DNA of 64,000 bases from Nostoc sp. DedSLP01. Its GTDB lineage: Bacteria; Cyanobacteriota; Cyanobacteriia; Cyanobacteriales; Nostocaceae. Each line of letters begins with the position of its first letter. Positions within the stretch are counted from its first letter, which is position 1. A program made the position numbers and the translations under genes. The notes below the pieces were generated by a model. That model was not told the origin of the DNA. It searched no databases and worked only from the letters and a program-made list of their open reading frames with translations. The stretch covers positions 29,910 to 93,909 of the forward strand of contig JAVRCJ020000029.1 of the NCBI GenBank assembly GCA_034530875.2, read 5' to 3'. Shown piece after piece: positions 59,320-64,000 of the stretch.

Positions 59320-62300
59320 TTAGTTATTGAGAAAGTCTTTGCGCCAAAAGTTAGCAGCAAGTAATGTTTCTACTTCTGCACTTTCCAGGGGTGGTAAGAA
59401 AAAATATCCTTGTCCATAATCACATTGCAAAGCTTTCAGTTGTGCTAATTGTTCTATAGTTTCTATTCCTTCTGCTGTCACAGACATATTTAAATTATGA
59501 GCTAATGTCACAATAGCTCGAACAATTTCTAAATTTTCTCCTCGACTACCGATATTGTTGACAAAAGAACGGTCAATTTTAATGGTTTTGATTGGTAGTC
59601 GATGCAGATAATTCAAAGATGAATAGCCAGTACCAAAATCATCCATGTGTAACTCGACATCCAGTTCAGTTAACTGGGAAAGCACGGTATTAGCTAAGTC
59701 AAAATTATCCATCAACAAACTTTCAGTGATTTCCAATTTCAAATTACATGGCTCAAGTCCTGTTTGCTGCAAGATTTGTTTAACTTGTTTAAAAATATCA
59801 CCATGCGTAATTTGTTTGCCAGAAAAATTGACGCTAATTGTCAAATTTAGCGAGTTAGGAAATTGTTGATGCCATTTATGCATTTGGTGGCAAGCTTGAT
59901 AAAGTACCCATTGTCCGATACTAACAATCATTCCAGTTTCTTCTGCCAGGGGAATAAAATCTTGAGGAGAAACAATTCCTCGTTCTGGATGATGCCAGCG
60001 GATTAATGCTTCAAATCCGATAATTTTGCCAGTTAGCAGTGAAACAATTGGCTGATAGTAAAGGCGAAATTCCTCTTGCTGGAGTAAAAGTGCATGTCGC
60101 AGAGCAGTTTCTAATTCTAAGAGCAAAGATGCACCCTCGTGCATCTTTTGGTCAAAGACCTCATAACGTGCCTTGCCAAGTCCTTTAGCAGAGTACATTG
60201 CCGCATCAGCATCGCGGATAATCTGCGCTGCTTGCTGATAATCTGGTTTACTCAAAGCAATGCCAATACTAGTATTGGTAAATACCCGATGTTCGTTTAA
60301 TTGAAATGGCAAAGATAATACCTTGTTGATGCGTTCGGCGACCTGTATGGCAGTATTAATATCATCAATTTCCTCAATTAAAATTGTAAATTCATCTCCA
60401 CCAAAACGGGCAACTATATCTCCAGATCTCACCACTGATTTAAGACGATGGGAAATTGCAATCAAAAGTTGATTTCCTAGTAGATGTCCTAGACTATCAT
60501 TAACAACTTTAAAGCGGTCTAAGTCTAAGAAAAGTACGGCAAATAGATAATTTTTTTCTTGTTTAGTACGTTCTATTGACTGCTGGACTCGTTCGATAAA
60601 TAAACGTTGATTGGGTAACCCAGTTAGTCCATCATGGAGGGTATTGTGTAGTAATTGTTCTTGTGCTTCTTGACGCTTGATAATGTCTTGTTCGAGTTGT
60701 TGATTAACTCGAATTAATTCGATAGTGCGTTCTAAGACTAGTTGCTCTAGATGGGAACGATACTGAACTAATTCTTCCTCTGCTAGCTTACGTTGAGTTA
60801 TGTCACGTACAATAACAATATACTCGCGTAGTTGGGGATTAAATGGTCGGGAAACAGTCGATTCAACAATTCGTAAACCTTTGTTGATTTTTAAAGTTTG
60901 CTCGCTTCTAATAGACCATTGCTCTGGTTTACCGTCATAGCATATTAAGAGTTGGTTCAACTTTTGCCCCAACAACTGCTGAACGCTGAGTTCAAATAAT
61001 TCTTCCGCAGCTGCATTAGTTTGGCAAATCATACCGTTTTCATCTAAGACTAAAACGGTATCTGGAACTGTATCGAGAGTAGTGATAAATAAGTTTTTTG
61101 CTTGTTTGCGTGCTTCATCAATTGCAACAATTTGCGGTAGAGTTGTCCAACAGGCGATCGCTACTCCTGCAAAAGAAAGCGTTACTAGTAAAATAGCTAA
61201 TAAATAATTCTGGCTATTATTACTAACTTTACCTAATAAATCGCGGATAAACCAACTGCTGGTAGCAGTAATACAAATTAACGATACTAAGACAATTACC
61301 TGTAATACAACAAAGTCTGAATTGTTCGTATTAAACTTTATATCGTAACGCTCTGTCCACCATTTTATATGTAATGGCGCAAATTGGAAGCGACTTATTA
61401 CTGCATCTCCTAACATTAAAATAATAGGTAAAAATAACCCCACTAAAAAATCTCTCCAATTCCAAGCTAAACCTCCAACTATTAGAACTATCGCTTCTAC
61501 TAAGAAAAAACCAAGCGACCACCAAGGCCATAAAACTTCAGGTTGACCTCGACACAGCCACAATCCTAAATGTAGTCCCATAATCGATAACAAATAACAA
61601 GTACCTGCTATCACCACCAGTTGAGATATATTTCCCAAATTCAAACAAAGCAGACTGAGAACAAAGGCAACTAAAATGGCAGGCCCGAGAACACCTTGGC
61701 GGGAAACTACTGCAAATATTTCAGAAACCTGCCCGTCTAAAGCAAGTTGATACAATACCCGAGGAGAATTACAAACTGCCGTAGCAGAACTTAAAAGGCA
61801 AGATACAGTAATTAAAAGCGTTACTAAAAAAGAGGCATATTTACCCCAAAAAGGTACAGAAGCCGCTACTAAATTTAAGAAAGCATCGTCGCCTATTGCT
61901 GGATTTCGAGTCGCAAACATTAAAACCCAAGAACTGCCTAAAAATACCGGCGGAATTAACCAAGCAGCCACTGTTAAGAAGTTCAAAGTTTTATCTGAGT
62001 TGTGGCTATCAGCAACAAAAGAAGCAGTAGTTTCACAAGCATAAATTGAATAACTAGCCAGGAAAAACCACTTTGCCCATTCTTGAAAGCTCAAGCTATC
62101 TATACTAATTGGAGGCAAGTTAATACTAGTGCTAGAAAAGGTTAACCATGCTATGCCTTGGATGCCAAACAAAAACAGTAATAAAATTGCTGGGAACACA
62201 AAAAATAAGTGCAGCAGCGCTAAAGCACGACTACCACTGAACGCCACAATAAAAGGAATTGTTGTAAATAAAACTTTTAAAAAAGTTTCTGGACAAACAA

Positions 62301-62706
62301 TACCTAGTGCATCAAAATTAACTTTAATTAAGTTGGTCAAAATAATTGCGTACAGTGCTGGTGCTGCTGCCCAACTAAAAAAGTATCCTAAGGCTACGTA
62401 ACGGCCTAAATCGGGAAAATTTTTTAATAGCCTTGTAGTATAGTTCGGCGTTCCTCCTGCCACATCTGGCCAATGTCTACCTAAACTTTGTACCTGCAAA
62501 TTAAGTAAAAAGGAGACGATAGTGCCAAACAACCAAACTAAGATAGCTTTAGACCCTAATGCTGCATGAATAATGGGGGCAGTACCAATCCATCCAACAT
62601 GACCCGTTAACCCAAAGCCCCAGGTTTCGAGATAACTCAGAGTACGCGGTAAGCGCATTCGTAAGGGCTGATTTTTCTCTGTCTGTAGAGAACTGTTACT
62701 AGTCAT
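59320..62706 (-). CDS. APC amino-acid permease - PAS - GGDEF - EAL fusion
   Basis: ~530-aa multi-TM N-terminus with APC-like motifs (L.RHWPDVAGG, YACET, NSPRVLYQLALDG, F.VVSRQGV); PAS; DLDRFKVVNDSLGH, RSGD..ARFGGDEF; GFEALIRW, LEITES, DDFGTGYSSL, EGIE, QGYFF. Confidence 0.92.
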   Translation of the reverse strand: MTSNSSLQTEKNQPLRMRLPRTLSYLETWGFGLTGHVGWIGTAPIIHAALGSKAILVWLFGTIVSFLLNLQVQSLGRHWPDVAGGTPNYTTRLLKNFPDLGRYVALGYFFSWAAAPALYAIILTNLIKVNFDALGIVCPETFLKVLFTTIPFIVAFSGSRALALLHLFFVFPAILLLFLFGIQGIAWLTFSSTSINLPPISIDSLSFQEWAKWFFLASYSIYACETTASFVADSHNSDKTLNFLTVAAWLIPPVFLGSSWVLMFATRNPAIGDDAFLNLVAASVPFWGKYASFLVTLLITVSCLLSSATAVCNSPRVLYQLALDGQVSEIFAVVSRQGVLGPAILVAFVLSLLCLNLGNISQLVVIAGTCYLLSIMGLHLGLWLCRGQPEVLWPWWSLGFFLVEAIVLIVGGLAWNWRDFLVGLFLPIILMLGDAVISRFQFAPLHIKWWTERYDIKFNTNNSDFVVLQVIVLVSLICITATSSWFIRDLLGKVSNNSQNYLLAILLVTLSFAGVAIACWTTLPQIVAIDEARKQAKNLFITTLDTVPDTVLVLDENGMICQTNAAAEELFELSVQQLLGQKLNQLLICYDGKPEQWSIRSEQTLKINKGLRIVESTVSRPFNPQLREYIVIVRDITQRKLAEEELVQYRSHLEQLVLERTIELIRVNQQLEQDIIKRQEAQEQLLHNTLHDGLTGLPNQRLFIERVQQSIERTKQEKNYLFAVLFLDLDRFKVVNDSLGHLLGNQLLIAISHRLKSVVRSGDIVARFGGDEFTILIEEIDDINTAIQVAERINKVLSLPFQLNEHRVFTNTSIGIALSKPDYQQAAQIIRDADAAMYSAKGLGKARYEVFDQKMHEGASLLLELETALRHALLLQQEEFRLYYQPIVSLLTGKIIGFEALIRWHHPERGIVSPQDFIPLAEETGMIVSIGQWVLYQACHQMHKWHQQFPNSLNLTISVNFSGKQITHGDIFKQVKQILQQTGLEPCNLKLEITESLLMDNFDLANTVLSQLTELDVELHMDDFGTGYSSLNYLHRLPIKTIKIDRSFVNNIGSRGENLEIVRAIVTLAHNLNMSVTAEGIETIEQLAQLKALQCDYGQGYFFLPPLESAEVETLLAANFWRKDFLNN

Positions 62707-62843
62707 TGTTTCTTAGCTAGATTTACTGGCCTTTTCACTCAATAACTGAATCCAACTCTTAAAGCTTCAGTATAAGTACCAAATGTAGTAAAATCTTAGC
62801 TTAATTATTACCAATTTTTATTTCTGTATATAATAATTCCGAT

Positions 62844-62883
62844 ACAAAAATTCCCCAATTATTAAAGAATTAGGGAATTTTGT
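62844..62883 (-). terminator. Hairpin after the parA-like gene
   Basis: ACAAAAATTCCC...GGGAATTTTGT. Confidence 0.5.
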
Positions 62884-62906
62884 TGTTTATGGCAGATTAA
62901 GTAAGA

Positions 62907-63791
62907 CTATAATTTTTGTAACAACTCCTGAGTTAACTGAAAAAAGGCTTTTGAACCGGGTGATTGAGGAGCATTTAAAACAGCTGGCATAAAACTATCA
63001 ACAGCTTTAGCAACATTTACATCAACTGGAATTTGTACTTTACAAATTTTTTCAACACCGAAATCTTCAACAACACGGTGCATTACTTGTTTATAGTATC
63101 TACCAGTCAGAAGGTTAGCAGTAGACATACTAAACACTATTCCTAGCATTTTTATATTTATCTGGGTTTCATGTCCGTGGCTATCTTTTAATTGAGCAAT
63201 TCGTCTCTCTAGTAGTTGAATGCCTACCACAGATAAAGGTTCTGGTTTAGCAGGAAGTATGTAGAAATCGCTGGCAGCTAAAGCGCTACGAGTCAAGAGA
63301 TTATAACCGGGAGCGCAATCGAGCAGGATAAAATCATATTCTTGGCGCACAGGTTTTAAAATGTTATTGATCAAAACTCTTTCAAAGCGATTCCAAATCG
63401 TTTCAAAGTCTTGTTCGCCTAAAGCTGTTGCTTGCTGGTGCAGCATTTCTGACACAACAAATTCATCATACAAGTCGATATCTCCCGGTAATAAATCCAA
63501 TCCAGGAAGATTACAAACCTGGGATTGAACGATATCTTGAATTGTCAACTTTGCTTCTGGCTGTGGATTGATAACTTCATCGATGAGATATCTAAATGTC
63601 TTACTTTGTTTGCGACGTTTAGCAAAATCTAAAGGTGACATCAAACTGAGCGTAGCGCTAATTTGGCTGTCTAAATCAAGGACAAGCACCCGCTTGCCAT
63701 GATTTTTAGCTAAACAGGTAGCTAAGTTGACAGTGAGGGTGGTTTTACCAACGCCACCCTTCATATTTGCAGTTGCGATTACATATCCCAT
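62907..63791 (-). CDS. ParA/Soj family ATPase (no parB in window)
   Basis: Deviant Walker A MKGGVGKTT, DLDSQ, YDFILLDCAP. Confidence 0.92.
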   Translation of the reverse strand: MGYVIATANMKGGVGKTTLTVNLATCLAKNHGKRVLVLDLDSQISATLSLMSPLDFAKRRKQSKTFRYLIDEVINPQPEAKLTIQDIVQSQVCNLPGLDLLPGDIDLYDEFVVSEMLHQQATALGEQDFETIWNRFERVLINNILKPVRQEYDFILLDCAPGYNLLTRSALAASDFYILPAKPEPLSVVGIQLLERRIAQLKDSHGHETQINIKMLGIVFSMSTANLLTGRYYKQVMHRVVEDFGVEKICKVQIPVDVNVAKAVDSFMPAVLNAPQSPGSKAFFQLTQELLQKL

Positions 63792-64000
63792 CGTTCGAGT
63801 CCTTTGTTAACGCATTCCCATCTAGGTAGCGTACACCCCTCACGATCTATTAAATCTTCCATTAAATTTAATATTTTGGCACAGAAGTGTTTTGGTTAGA
63901 GATGGGGCAGGAGGGCAGAGAGGCTTTCAAGGGTAGGGGTTTAAAAATCAGGCAGTAGAGTAGAGAGCGTGATTTGAGACACATGGAGTTGTGGAGTCAA

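Noticed and set aside
62907..63791. Plasmid partition locus
   Set aside because: No parB or parS is seen, the context is chromosomal housekeeping, and orphan ParA proteins are common in cyanobacteria.

Overview
This is a 64-kb chromosomal window from a filamentous, probably heterocyst-forming cyanobacterium (Nostocales-like). The assignment rests on frequent HIP1 octamers (GCGATCGC), STRR heptamer tandem repeats and typical gene families. Housekeeping genes present are murD, glyS, tsaB, cobJ, an RpiB-family isomerase and a ParA-family ATPase. Signalling genes include two large hybrid His kinases, a Ser/Thr-AAA-GAF-His kinase with a REC-kinase partner, PAS-Crp, a Ser/Thr kinase-WD40 and an HTH-NB-ARC-WD40 protein. 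There is also an RND efflux pair, an NDH-2/DoxX pair and a HIP1-free Xre / methyltransferase / endonuclease island. Most notable: (i) a PLP amino-acid decarboxylase gene next to an APC-permease-PAS-GGDEF-EAL fusion, a candidate biogenic-amine / c-di-GMP signalling module; (ii) an unannotated structured element with a small ORF at ~4117-4278; (iii) many MITEs and very small mobile repeats that nest inside each other and insert in frame into proteins, with filled and empty sites both visible. I found no rRNA, tRNA, CRISPR array or intact transposase. All calls come from reading the sequence by eye; no searches were run.
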